DNA of 64,000 nucleotides from Lama glama (lineage: Eukaryota): positions 79,734,001-79,798,000 of the forward strand of contig CM052816.1 in NCBI GenBank assembly GCA_028534125.1, in the 5' to 3' direction. Below, piece by piece: positions 1 through 13,966 of the stretch. Numbering within the stretch: position 1 is the first letter of the stretch; every line of letters starts with the position of its first letter. The notes under the pieces were generated by a model. That model was given only the letters and a program-made list of their open reading frames with translations. It was not told the origin of the DNA and searched no databases. A program made the position numbers and the translations under genes.

Positions 1-91
1 ATTTCAGTCATGCTGTTGCTGTGAAGTGAGTCAGAAAGAGCATCTCTTGTTTCATCATCATTGAGCTAAACCAAGTCATTTCCTCTTTCAG

Positions 92-153
92 CTACAGAAC
101 TCTTCTGTGCATGGAGATGAACACTAAGGATGCTTTCCACATGAACCTTGAAG
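92..153 (+). other. PRLR: PRLR non-coding exon 2 (5' UTR)
   Basis: Acceptor tcctctttcag at 81-91 and donor AAG|gtaagg at 153/154; 62 nt. The sequence ...gatgctttccacatgaaccttgaag matches my recollection of the human PRLR 5' UTR immediately upstream of the ATG exon. Exon 1 variants lie upstream of the window. Confidence 0.85.
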
Positions 154-392
154 GTAAGGGGAACTTGATGGCGAGCTCCCTTGCTTGTCACACCGCCCGT
201 CTGTCCTGCTATCCGTTTCATCGAGGCACCGGCAAGGACTCAACTCTTTTGACTCATAGAGAGAATAAATCCAAACCAGTCAACATCCACTTTGTTGCAT
301 TGTGCTATTCTCAGAGACCTTTTCTAGCTCCCCCGCCTGTCCTACCTAGAAAACCCTTCTCTGTTTTTCTCAAAGAAAAATACCAAAACTAT

Positions 393-3210
393 CTTTTTTA
401 TTGAAGTATAGTTGATCTACAATGTTGCACTGGTTTCTGGTGTACAGCAAAATGATTCAGTTATACATACATATACATACACATATTCTTTTTCAGATTC
501 TTTTCAATTTAGGTTATTACAAGATAATGAATATAGTTCCATGTGCTATACAGTAGGACCTTGTTGCTGATTTTATATGAAGTAGTGTGTATATGTTAAT
601 CCCAAGCTTCTAATTTATCCCTCCTCCCCTTTCCCCTGATATTGGTAACCATAAATTTGTTTTCTATGTCTGTGTGCCTGTTTCTGTTTTGTAAATACGT
701 TCATTTGTATCATTTTTTTTAGATTTCACATGTAAGTGATATTGTATGATATTTGTCTTTCTCTCTCTGACTTACTTCACTTAGTATGATAAACTCTAGA
801 TCCATCCAAGTTGCTGCAAATGGCATTATTTCATTCTTTTTTTATGGTTGAGTAATAAATAGATGTATCTTCTTTATCCATTCATCTGTCAACAGACACT
901 TAGGTTGCTTCCATGTCTTGGCTGTTATAAATAGTGCTGCTATGAACACTGGGATGCACATATCTTTTCGCTTTAAAGTTTCCGTCTTTTCTGGATATTT
1001 GCCCAGGAGTGGGATTGCTGGATCATACAGTAATTCCATTTTTAGTTCTTTAAGGAACCTCCATACTGTTCTTCATAGTGGCTGTACCAATTTATATTCC
1101 CACCACTAGTATAGGAGGGTTCCCTTTTCTCCACACCCCCTCAAGCATTTATTATTTGTAGACTTTTTGATGATGGCCATTCTGACTGATGTAAGGCTAT
1201 ACCTCATTGTAGTTCTGATTTGCACTTCTCTAGTAATTAGCAGTGTTGAGCATCTTTTCATTTGCCTGTTGGCCATCTGTATGTCTTCTTTGGAGAAATT
1301 TCTATTTAGGTCTTCTGCCCTTTTCTTGATTGGACTCTTTGGTTTTTTTGATGTTGAGCTGTGTAAGCTGTTTGTATACTCTAGAAATCAGTCTCTTGTT
1401 GGTCACATCATTTGCAAATATTTTCTCCCATTCCATAGGTTGTCTTCATTTTGTTTATGGTTTCCTTTACTGTGCAAAACTTGTAAGTTAAGTAGGTTCT
1501 ATTTGTTTATTTTTGCTTTTATTCCCTTTGCCTTGGGAGACTGACCTAAGAAAACATTGCTACATCTTATGTCAGAGAATGTTTTGCCTATGTTCTCTTC
1601 TAGGAGTTTTATGGTGTCCTGGCTTATATTTAAGTCTTTAAGCCATTTTGAGTTTATTTTTGTGTATGTTGTGAAGGAGCGTTCTAACTTCATTGATTTA
1701 CATGTGGCTGTCCAGCTTTCCCAACACTGCTTGCTGAAGAGACCATCTTTTCTCCATTGTATATTCTTGCCTGCTTTGTCAAAGATTAATTGACTGTAAG
1801 TGTGTGGGTTTATTTCTGGGCTCTCTACTCTGTTCCACTGATCCATGTCTGTTTTTGTGACAATACCATGCTGTTTTGATTAATGTAGCTTTGTTGTATT
1901 GTCTGAAGTCTAAGAGGGTTGTGCCTCCAGCTTTGTTGTTTCCTCTGGATTGCTTTGGCAGTTCTGAGTCTTTTAAGTTTCTGTATAAATTTTAGGGTTA
2001 TTTGTTCTAGTTCTTTGAAAAATGTCCTGGGTAATTTGATAGGAATCACATTAAATCTGTAGATTTCTTTGGGTAGTTGGGCCATTTTAACATTAATTCT
2101 TCTACTCCAAGAGCATGAGATATCTTTCCATTTTTTAAATCATCCTCAGTTTCCTTTATCAATGTTTTATATTTCTTAGCATATAAGTCTTTCACTTTCT
2201 TGGTCAAGTTTATTTCTAAGTATTTTATTTTTCTGATGCAATTTTAAAAGAAATTGTTTTTTCACTCTCTCTTTCTGATATTTTATTATTAAAGAAATGC
2301 AACAGATTTCTGTATGTTAATCTTGTATCCTGCTACCTTGCTGAATTTCATTATCAGTTCTAGTAGTTTTTGTGTGGCGTCTTTAGGGTTTTCTATATAT
2401 AGCATCATGTTATCTGCATATAATGACAATTTTTCTTTGTTTCCAATTTGTATACCTTTTGGGTTTTTTTTTCCTTGTCTGATTGCTGTGGCTAGGACTT
2501 CCTATACTATGTTGAATAGAAGTAGTGAGAGTGGGTATCGTTGTCTTCTTCCAGATTTTAATAGGGCTGTTTTCAGCTTCTCATTGTTGAGTATTATGTT
2601 GGCTGTGGGTTTGTTATAAATAGCTTCTATTATGTTGAAATATTTTCCCTCTATACCTACTTTGGTAAGAGCTTTTATCACGAATGGATGTTGAATTTTA
2701 TCAAATGCTTTTTCTGCAACTAGTGAGTGATCATGTGGTTTTCGTCTTTTCTTTTGTTGATGTGGTGTATCGCATTGATTGATTTGCATCTGTTGAACCA
2801 ACCTTGTGACCCTGGGATGAATCTGACGTAATCATGTGTATGATTCTTTTTGTATGTTGTTGGATTCAGTTTGCTAATATTTTGTTGAGGATTTTTGATC
2901 TATATTCATCAAAGATATTGGCCTGTGATTTTCTTTTCTGGTGGTGTCTTTATCTGGTTTTTGTACCAGGGTGTTGGTGCTGCATAGAATGACTTTGAGG
3001 ATGTTCCTTCCTCTTCAGTCTTTTGAAAAAGTTTGAGAAGGACTGATACAAGTTCTTCTTTATATGTTTCATACAGTTCTCCAGTGAAGCCATCTGGTCC
3101 TGGACTTTTGTTTGCATGGAGTTTTTTTTTTTTATTATAGATTCTGTCATACTTCTAGTGATCAGTCTGTTCAAATTATCTATTTCTTCTTGATTCAGTT
3201 TTGACAGTAG
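393..3210 (-). mobile_element. 5'-truncated, decayed LINE-1 (ORF2 RT/C-terminal part plus 3' UTR)
   Basis: Minus-strand ORFs with L1 ORF2 peptides ([46 protein letters not shown]) broken by stops and frameshifts. Target-site duplication caaaactat at 384-392 and 3211-3219. Confidence 0.95.
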
Positions 3211-4073
3211 CAAAACTATTAACAGCTGACATCTTAGTAGTGAAATTATGGGAGATTTCAATTTTCTCCTTTTTTTTGTGCTTGAGAGTTTTTCAATAAT
3301 GACTGTATTTTTTAATCAGAAAAAGAAACATTATGTTTGCTTTTATTTTCTTAAGCAGCTCTGCATAAATTCTTGCCAAAGCTTTCTGGCTGCTTCAGCC
3401 CCCAATATTGTCACTACTACACACCCCCTCCCTCCCAGCCCACTGACAGTCCTTATAGAACGGCTCATATATGGTGGGCTCTGCATCTTCCCCATCTACT
3501 ATCGGCAAGGAAAATCACTTCATGGCCCCATGACCTACTGAGCCCCAGGCACAATCTCCTGGCTTGGCTCTCACACTTTGTTGATTACTTTTCCCCACCT
3601 ACAATATTCTATTACTCTTTGGAGTTAAAGTTGTATGGAAGCACTTAACTCACATATTCCCCCTTTATGCCAACTCAAGTATCACGCCCCAATTTCATCT
3701 TCTTAGGATACTAGGCCCAGCTGATAACTAGGTCATGAAGTATTAAGAGTCAGCTTGACAGATGGAGAAACCAAGCCTCAGGGCTTGCCTCTGTATATAC
3801 TACACTGTAAAATGGGATCTAGACCCTCTGAAACCAACTTGACACATGTAACCCTGAAGGTGAGCTCTTTCTTTCAGAGGAAGTTAAGGACTCATGAAGA
3901 CATGAAACTAACTGGGTCATGGGTGGAAGAGAATTCTGGCCAAAATTACTTGAGGATTTCCTGAGGTCACTCCAGGGTACTTACTAGTCTTTCAACATTG
4001 AAAAGTGATAGTTCTTTGAGGACCATCTGACACTTCAGTGTCAAGAACCAAGCCTGAGCTTTCCCTCTGGGAC

Positions 4074-4371
4074 AGAGTTTCTCAACTTCAGCACTGTTGG
4101 CATTCTAGAACAGATAACTCTTTGTTGTGGGGGCTGTTTTGTGCATTGTAGGAGTCTTAGCAGCACCCCTGGTCTCTACCCACTGAATGCCAGTAGTCCA
4201 CCACCCCGCCCAACTTGTAACAGCCAACAGTGTCTTCAGATGTTGGCTACAGATCCAGGGAGGACAAAATCTCCTCCTACCCCAAGTAGTGACAATAAAA
4301 TTATGTTTTCAGACATTGCCAAATGTCTCCTTGGTTGGGGAAGGCAAAATCACCCCCAAAGAAAATCCCTG
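4074..4371. mobile_element. MER20-like hAT-Charlie DNA transposon with internal duplication
   Basis: gtttctcaac...ataactctttgttgtgggggctg...cagacattgccaaatgtc matches my recollection of the MER20 consensus. Confidence 0.8.
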
Positions 4372-6009
4372 CTCCAAAATTACCTCAACCCAGCAAGAAC
4401 TTTTATTTTTCATGCAAATAGACTGAAATGTATAGTGTCCAGAGTAAACATTAGCAAGGACTGGCAGAAGGGGTGCCATAAATTGTCAAAATGCTTTGGC
4501 ATGGCAGGGCCCTGTGGCTTAAAGCTCAGAAGTATTTGGTAATACTGCCATCAAACCAGACCACCAGCTCCTCTGAGTTTCTTTCTTCTTCCTGGGTTTC
4601 TGCCCTTTCCTGGGTTTCTTCCTGGGCATGCCAAATGCCTCATGAGATTTGCTTGAATGAAAGGCAAATGAGAGAGAACAGGGCAACACTGAACACTCAA
4701 GCAGTCTTTTCCTTCATGAGGTCCAGAAAAGTACAGTGTGGTCGGAACTGCATTGCAAAGCCCCAGAGGGACTTGGCTACTCTTTTTTTAAAATTTATAT
4801 GTGTACTTATTTATAAACTACATTGTTGCATGAAAGATTTGTGACTTAATTGTCTCATTTCCTTCATAAAATTGGATATTGTTTAAACACATATGTGTGG
4901 GTTGTGGGCAGTGGCTTAACTGGAAATCCTTTTTCTATCCCTCAAAGAGTGTATGGTAAGTGAGGTGGTGGTAGCAGCTTTACCTGGGGACCAGTTGGCA
5001 AACCACAGCCCCGAAGGTAAATTCCAGAGCACCAGAATTGATCTTCACTCTTCCTGCTCATCTCCAAGTGTGCCTCTTCTGTCCCCAGCTGATCTTCCCC
5101 TGCATTCACACCTACTATCTTCCTCCCTTTACCCAACTTAGTATTTGGTGTGAAAGTATTTGCTTCTGATGCCAGTATGTATCTGTGAAAATACAGGCAA
5201 GAACTTGAGAGCAGTCTTGTGGTCATCCAAGAGAAGCAGAAACACTGCTCAGTGTCAGGGTAAAAGGAATATTCAGAGAGCAGTGTTCATAAAAGAATTC
5301 AGAGGGAAAATCTCTCCCTTAAAGGGGGGATTAGAATTAAGAATAGAATTGCAGTTCCTATCTGGGACCCTGCAACAGTGCCACAGTCCATGGTGTGGCT
5401 TCCAGTCTGGCTTCTGGTGTCTTTGAACTGTTAACCCTCCTATCCTGTCCCAGTGGTAATGATCTCTCCCTAACAACCACTCCCTGGCACCTCTTCCCCA
5501 GGGCGGAACAGAATGCCAGTCTGAATAGCATGCCAGGTTCTTTTGCAAGAGCTTGATATCCTTTGGGCTCTGCCCATTCCAACCCTCCTACCTCCAGCTC
5601 TTTCCCAGGCTCCCATCTGCATATCTTAGACCTTAACTCTCCCCAGATTGCAAGAAGCTAGGAGGAACTTTGAAGCAGCCCAGGGCACTGGGAAAGATGT
5701 GCCCATCCAGAGAGCATGTTTTGATGTGAATCTAAAGCTCCAAGCCCGTAATCTTTTCACCCACCATGCTGGCCTGTCAGAATCCTTCAGATGCCTATCA
5801 TTTGAGCCTTTGCATTGACTGAACTATGGCATTGTTCAAAATCTGCATTTACCTAAGGGGGGAAGACCTTAATTTACAGATAGGAATTTGTTTATCAGAT
5901 TAGCTTGTTGGTACTTCTCTAAGAAGAGGGCCTTGGAATTGGGGGCACAAGACAAGTTAATTTTGACTGGAGTGGAAAGACTAAAACAAGTGAGATACTG
6001 AGCTTGCTC

Positions 6010-6170
6010 TAGACTTGTGTTGTCCAATACACTGGCTACATGTGGCAATTTTAATGTAAATTCATTGAAATTAAATGATATTAAAAACTCAGTCTCAACC
6101 ACATAAGTGGCTATGGCTGCCATATTGGACAGAGCAGACATAGACCATTTCCATCACTGTAGAAAGTTCT
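6010..6170. mobile_element. MER3-like hAT DNA transposon fragment
   Basis: gttgtccaata...gctacatgtggc...catattggacagagcagacatagaccatttccatcactgtagaaagttct. Confidence 0.7.
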
Positions 6171-9100
6171 TCTGTGTGGCACTCATCTCGATGGAGGTGG
6201 TACTGCCAATGGAGAGTTCTGGGACACAGAGAGAGCCTAAAATCACCAGCTGTGTTGGGAAGGACAGAGAAGAGCAAGAGAGAGAAGAGAATTCCAAAGA
6301 GATAGCGAAAGGGCATCAAAGGCAAACTTCGTGTGCTTTGTCAAGGACCCAACCTTGAGCAAACGTGCATCAACCCCACCGCAAAACTTTTGATGTTGAC
6401 ATCTGCAAACACAGAAGCAACCAGGGTTGGCTTTGGGCTCCACTTCCTCCATTGTATGGCCCCTGGGATCTGTGGGCTCCTTGTGAAGAAGCAGGAGACC
6501 CTGTCCTGAACCCTGAGCTGAAAGAAGGGCAAAGGAGTCACTGGGCGACCAGCCAAAGGGAAATCATCACTCCGGTGGCACATGGCGGCCCCTCAGTATC
6601 CAAGAGTCTCCCCTTGGGAGTTCCTAAATCAAAAGACATTGGAGGGGAAAGGAGCACCTTCTCCATCTGGAATTCGACCTCTGCTCAGAGTCTGGGGGCA
6701 TGGAGGATCTGAGGAGCTTTGCCCCCACTGCTGACTCTTTCTCATTCGCGTAGCACCTACAGTCCCATGGAGCATTTTCACAGTATTAATTCATCTTGCC
6801 CTTACAATAGTTGGCTGAGGAAAGCAGGACAGATGGACCCTCTCAACAGTTTCTAGTAGAAGAAATGCATCTCAGAAAGAGGAAGAGAGGATCCAAAGTC
6901 ATTCTGACTCAGAAATGGCAGAATGGGCTCTAGAAACCACCGTCCGATTCTTTCTGCAGCTTGCATTGCCTCTCAGGTGATGAGGGTTGCTTTGTACCCC
7001 TCCAGATCCCCAAGCATGCCAGCCCCAAAGGGTGTGACCTCCATCCGGATCATGCTGCAACTTCATTTCACATCCAGTCCCAAGCCCTGACTGTCTCCTG
7101 GATGCTTTGTTACCCAATGACCCTTGCAAGTGGCCAAGCAGAGGGCAAAGTGGACTCCTGGCTGGAATGAGAACACCGATGTGACTTTTCCCGGAAGACG
7201 CCGCCCAGAAAAATACTGATGGCACTAATGCACCAGAGCTGCTGAGTCTGTTTTCCAGTGCACAAGACACCAGAAGATACAGTTTTCCTGGCCCCCAAAA
7301 CTCTAAGTCTGCAGTGGGAGACCTCGGAACGTGCCAAGGGCTTTTGTTGGCTAGAAAAGGATCCAGTAAACTGAATTAGATTAGTCCATCTGTAGGACTT
7401 TCAAATAGTTTGTGGCCAAATGTTTATGACTTTTCTCAAATTTAAGAGGATTTCTCACTGTATGAGAACCATTTATATACATGGCTAAACAGCCAATCAG
7501 ATTCCATGTTTCCTTTGACACAACAGGCATATAAATCAACAGATGTGCCGAGTAACCTTTGACTTCCACTCTTAGTGAGCTCTAGCACTAAATCAGAACT
7601 AAAAAGAAAAAATCTACAAGCTAATCAAATAGATAAAGCAATAGTGAGGATAGTGACAAAAACAAGATGGTTACTATGCATGTGCCTAATAAAGCAATCC
7701 CCCTGGCCACTCGCTACTTTGTGCCTTCCTTTTACACCAGCATCTTGATTCTTCTCAGTCAGTGCCCACTTTCTCCATCTCTAAGCCACTAGAGTTGAAA
7801 ACATAACTATTTCATCAGTTAGACCAGGGAGCTGTCCAATCTTTGATGAAATCATCCCCCAAAGCCAGACGCCCGGCTAAAAATGAATTAAACAGTCGGC
7901 GTGTTACACTCACCATCCTGAGAAAACCAGTTCCAGGTTGCTGGCACCAGCTCCCAGTACCAGCAAGAACCCAGACTCTTTCCATTTGAGGAGATGTCTC
8001 CTCCCCACTCTCTCTTTCAACCATGGACAAAAATCTTTCCCAGCAGACCCCAGAAGATTTCTGCCATATTTCAGTGGCCAAACTGGGTGGGATAACCACT
8101 CCCAAACCAATCACAGACAAACCAGAAATGAGATTACCACGGTTACCTTAGACTGATGACTCTTTATCCCCCAGACCAAGTAGCTGATAGCAGACAAAAC
8201 TGTTTTGCTCTGTGCAAAAAAGAAGAGGGTGTGTGTGTAATAGTTGTTGGAAAAGCAACCAGCAGTGTCTACCATACCCAGTTCTACGCAGGGCAGTGAA
8301 TGGAGAAAGAAGAGGGGCTTTGTACTCTTCATCCCTGAGGCAGACCCCCAGGGGAGCCCCGAACCACCCTGAGCAGGTCAGGTCTGCCCACTGTTGACTC
8401 TCCTGGCCCCTGAAGAGCCCCTTTTGGCCACTGCATCAAAATGCTCAAAATCAACATGCTATAAGTCACACCTTTCAGGCGAGATCATGTGCTATCCAGA
8501 CAGCTCTGCCAAATCAGGGTCTCATAAGCTTATGCGTTTTTTACAAGTTTCTCTCTCCTCTACCAGACGAAGTACTAACGGGGTTGCTTTAGAGCAATGC
8601 TAGATTCTCAGGGCCCTGTCCGTGCCTGCTGCTCAGTGGACATTTGTTAAAAGTTGGATGGGTGAATGGATAGGTGTTTCAGCCACCAAACTAGGTCGAC
8701 CCTGAATTTTTCTGAAAATGCATTAAAAGTAGGTAAATCCTAGTTTCTGTTCCTCTTACCATTTTCACTCTGCACTGGGAGTATTTATTGCTTTACTCCC
8801 AGGTCCAGCTTACCTGTGGTCCCTGGCCATTACGTCTTTGATTGGACAGGTTGCTTTTCTGCTAAGAGAGGGCTCCTGAGAGAAGCTGAGTAAAGGAGAA
8901 GGAAGAAAAAAAAAGAGTGAATATAAGCCAGTAAGAGAGACAAGTAATTATCTTGCTGGATAAGTAGCCCAGATGATTTGAATGAAGAAGGAATTTTGAA
9001 AGAACATATTGTAAATGAGTGAGAACAAGTAACTAAATCAGGTAGAGGCAGGCTGTGCTGGTACAAGATGGAGCAAGATGAGGGGAGAGAGAGGGGCTTG

Positions 9101-9924
9101 GCACTGATGTGGGTTCAAGATGGCACAGAGATGGGCAGACCTCCAGGCCATAGGCAAGGGGGTGGGGCTTTCCGCCAGCTGCCCTTCTTCCCCACCACCC
9201 TTTGGACTTTCAGATTTTCCCACTTTATCCACCCTTTTCCCCTCTTTTCCTCGCTTTAAACTTCCAGATCCTCTTGCTTTGTGTTTGAAGGATGAACAGA
9301 AACTGAGGGGCCAGGGCGAAGCAAGTCCCCAGCTTCCATGAGAGAATCCTGCTGAACTTCTTAAACTCTCTTTAAAAAGATGACCCCCACCCTTCTCTGA
9401 GGCTCTGTAAGAGTTTTTCCATGAAATTGGCTTTCATCCACTTGTCAGAAGCTTAATGACAAATAATGGCTCATGGGCCCTGGGTATTTTAAATAACCCT
9501 AAAGTGGACATAGTAATGGAATTCGGAGAAGTGGAGGGAGGTCTTAAAGACATGTGAGCAGGACATCAAAAACTTGAAATCTTTATTGCTCGAGAGATGG
9601 GGCCCACTCTCAGCCACACACAGATGAACATTGGAGGCTGACTGTCAACAGCTGAAAATTTTGCCGTGACCCATATAAGCAATTTCTGTAACCCACCCTA
9701 ATGGGGACTTTTTCCATGTATTTACACCACAAAAGTCCAGGTTTTCATTAAGGGATTGTTTTTATGGTGTTAACATTTTTGTTGAGAATTTTCCCCCTCA
9801 ATTACAAAAGTAATAACTTTTTATTTTATTTAGGTATTTTAGTAATATTTTATTTTATTACAAAAGTAATTTTTTTAATTTTACAATCATCCTCCCAGAG
9901 ATAATTGCTGCTAATACATTGGGG

Positions 9925-9984
9925 TAGGGTGTGTGTGTGTATATATATTCCGGTATATATATATGTCAACATATTTTATAAGTG

Positions 9985-10015
<31 letters not shown>

Positions 10016-10040
10016 TTATTTCCTTCCAGTGTATATATAT
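9925..10040. repeat. (TG)n/(TA)n compound microsatellite at the edge of an old L1 fragment
   Basis: Directly visible dinucleotide runs. Confidence 0.9.
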
Positions 10041-13000
10041 TTCTTCTGTGCACATGTGGAGTTACCTATATTGGAATTGAAGTCAAACACATCCACTTTC
10101 TCTACCCAGTTATCATTTTTCTTTCATGTTTTCATATCTTTAAAATTTTTTATCACATTAGTTTAAAGATTAAATAATATTTTGTTGTAGATTTGTACCG
10201 TGATCTAGTTAAATAAGCCTTTATGATTCGATATTTAGATTTTTTACAATATTCTCTTTTTTTAAAGTAGCACTGGGGGGAATTTTGTGTGTGCACAGGA
10301 TTCTTTTTGCACATCTCTGTTCTTTTGGGATAAATTTCTAGAAGTGTATTTTCTGATTCAAAGTGTGTCTACAGTCTTAAGGCTTTTAGTATGTATTACC
10401 AGGAAGATTGTATCCATTTACACTTAAACAGCAAGGTGCTGTTCCCGCCTCCACCTTCGAACAACAAGACACATTTGCAAACTCAGTGATACCACTGTGA
10501 AATCTCAAAGGGTTGGGAAAAGACTAAAATAAAATATTTTAATAAGAAAATACTTTGAAAATTGGAAATCCTATTAAAACCCACATTGCCCTTACTATCA
10601 GTTCTTAGACTACCCAAGATAGGTAAGATACCATCTGTCTCAACCACATGCACCAATGATTTACAGCCCATTAGAGACTATAATCCTTACCAGCTTTCCC
10701 CTAAATATGGCTGATACCCAACAAATGTCATTTATTTAAAATCATGTATTGAGTACTTTCTATGCATTGAGCTTTCTATTAAGTATGAGGAATATAGAGA
10801 AAAAAATAATCAACACAGATCGTGACATCACTGAGCTACTAGCCTGGGTGGGGTTTGGGAAGAAAGATAAGTAGGGATTCACTATCAGTTCTATGATAGG
10901 GTCAGGTCCTGGGTTCTCTGTAGACAAGCATCCCTCACTTTGGGGAAACCCAGGGAAGTTCCTGCCTGAGGGAAGGAAGCTGAAACTGAGGATAGGAGGC
11001 AGCGGGCTTCGGAGTGGGCGGCCATGTGCCAATCCTCATTGCTTCTGAAACAACATCTTCCCAGCATGTATACGTCTGCGTAGAAAGGGAGCCATTTCTG
11101 TGGGGCAAAGACTTTCACAAGCCACATGGTGGGGAGGACAAGACCCCCGAGGGGCATACTTTGAGAAACACTCGATGGTGTTAATTTCTTTAGCTATCAG
11201 CCTGGCGTTTTTAATCAACGAGACACACAAGCTGAGGCTGAGAGCAGGATGGTGTGGGACTGAAGAGGGGATTTGAGTGCAGGGTGGAAAGGAGATAAAG
11301 GGGCAAGACAAGGCAACTGGCAGGGAGAGGAACTACAGAGGAGAAGACAGAGACTCTTAACAAGGAATTTGGCCAAGTGTCTGCTTTGAAATGTGGTACC
11401 TGTCTACCCGCAAAATCCTTTCTCTTGTTAATACATGAAGTGATGAGGAGTTAAACGTGACCTCCCGATGGGTGAAGAGTGAGAACTAAGACTGCCTGTT
11501 GGAGGCTACACACTTGCTTTCCTCGTCCCTCATTCTGTAAGCATCTAAGTGCTACTGGAGACTTCTCTTAAGCAGGAATCCTCTCTTCTGAACTGCACAG
11601 GATATTAAAGTGAACATTATCTGCTATTCTTTCCATATTGGCTCACTGACCCCACTTGAGCTCTGCGTGCCTGGTACATGCACACCGTTTGAAAGAAAAG
11701 GCAGGATTATAATGGGTCTTTTAAGCAATCAAGGACATTCAGAAATGCAGCTGAGAAATCCAGGTGCGATCAGACCCTCTGCTTAGGTACTCCTAGGAGA
11801 AACAGCCCAAGCCACTTACGTTTTGACCTGTAAACAAGCTGACAATTGGCAGAACTGGAGGAATCAGCAAAGCAGCAAACTTCCCTTCCAAATTATATTG
11901 TTCTTATTGTAAAATTAAAGTTAATTTCTATCTCTGAAGCTGAGTTGAGAAGCATGGGAATGCAACAGTGGGATGTCTGCCACACCAAAAAATGAAAATT
12001 CCTTATGGGTAATATTCCAAGAAGATTGTTTACAAAGATAAGGAGAAATTGACTAAGATTCTAGATATTGACTTCCTAATCTTTTTTTTCCTTTGGTCTC
12101 AGATAGGGTTCTCTGGAAGACACACCATCAACTATATGTTGTGCAAAGAGGTGACATTATTACTGTAAAGCAGTGAGTCAACATGATTTACTGGGTTCTG
12201 CCAGGCCAGTGTTATGGTAGCCAAATATGTAGACATTTGCATAGACCTACTCCATTTGCCGTGTGCAGATAGATTGGCACAGGAGCCTAGCAGCCAGTTG
12301 GGAGCTAGGCCTACTGCTTGCTTATGTACACTAATGGGACGGTGGGCTTATTAAGAAATATGTGGAGGGATTCTTTGGTAATTGACAGTAGCACTTCCCT
12401 TTTGAAATGTTAAGCATAGGGTACCCTATTTTCCTAAGTGCAATTGTCTTGCTTTGGGTTACAGAAATGCTTCATTCTTCAAAGCTCACTTTTCCTGCAA
12501 CCACATCTCAGTGGGCTTTGTCACTCATCTGTCCTCAAGTTCAAATTAATGAACACAAACAGCTTTATTGGAGGAATCCATATAAGGTCTCAAGATATAT
12601 CTTGCATGAATATGGTGGGCCTACTGATTAATGGGAAGAATATGTTGTAGAGTTCAAGGTCAAGTGCTTTTTCAGCAGATCTGTGAATCAAAATAATGTG
12701 TAATATATGGCTTTATTAAAATCTTCAGTTAGCCATCCGACAATTGGTGTTGAACACCTGCAGGCAAGTATAATTGTGACTGTTGTGTCGGGGCTGAAAA
12801 TATAGAGAAAGCAAGGCAGGGGTGACTCCCAGACTTTGGTGATAGTATTCAATTTGGAACAGTAGGCTGGATGTCAGAGGCTTCCTTCTTATTAACAGCT
12901 CTTCTACTTGGTTAAAGATAGTAGTACCATCTAAACTAAGCTACACTGATTGTCCTAGAGTATCTGGATTAGTCGTGTTATATAAAGCTGGTCATTATAA

Positions 13001-13966
13001 CATCCAAACTCTGTCTCAGAAGCTTAACAACCAAAGGTTTGTTTCTCACCCATTACAATCCAGTGGCATCAGCAGGGGATGCAGGATCCTTCCGTCCATG
13101 GGCTGTACTAAGCCTTTAAGACTGACATGCTCAATTTCATCTTCCTCTGGACAATAACGGATCAGAGAGACAGAGAGAATCTGAGAATGTGTGAATGTTT
13201 TAAAAACCAGAACTAGACAAGAAGTGTATCATTTCTGCCTACTTTCAGAGGCCCCAACTCAACACCTGATCCTGTCTAACCACAGGACAGTCAGTGAGGT
13301 AAACTACAGCTCTTGTGCCCAGAAAGAAAAGGAGAAGCAAATTCTGATGGACTCTAGAAGCTTCTGCTATGCCTGTGAACGGTCTCCCAGAGTTGTAGCT
13401 GAGGTGGTCCTGCAGGAAGCAGGAGTTAGAGAGGAAAAACGCTTTTGACACATTCTTGAGAATTTCTTCTTAGACACTGCAGCTTTCTCAGATGTGCACA
13501 CAGCCACCCTCAAAGCTCTAAAGAGCCTCCCATCTGGTACTTGGCCAAAAAGCACCTCATCTCTTGAGGCTCCAGTTGCCCCACATGAAAAAGAGACGGG
13601 TTGGATCAGAATTCTTTCAAGTCTTTTGGCTCTTTTTATATATAAAATGCTATGATTCTAGAACTGTTGCTGTTCATTTCCTCCTGAGACAAATAAACAA
13701 AGAGCCAGGAAGCAATGCCAGTTGGTCAATAATTTTTTTATTTCATTTTTTAACTTTCCAAGCCCACATTTCTAAAATTGAAATATACATAATAGACAAG
13801 ATTGTCACCAATATAATAGTGATTATTTTTATGGCAAAGCTGTTTTGCATTTGGATGAACAGCACATACACACACATATATAACACACACAGAGCTTCCT
13901 CTGTGAAATACAGTCTTGTTTTAACAGTCTTGCAAAACATATGTTCTCCTCCTGCTGCTCTTGCCC

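Noticed and set aside
111..404. 97 aa ORF starting in exon 2
   Set aside because: It runs through the exon-2 donor into the intron and L1 tail; the meaningful product is the spliced 17-codon uORF.
842..3261. Minus-strand ORFs with reverse-transcriptase-like peptides
   Set aside because: Fragments of a dead, 5'-truncated L1 ORF2 with many stops and frameshifts; not a domesticated gene or novel RT system.
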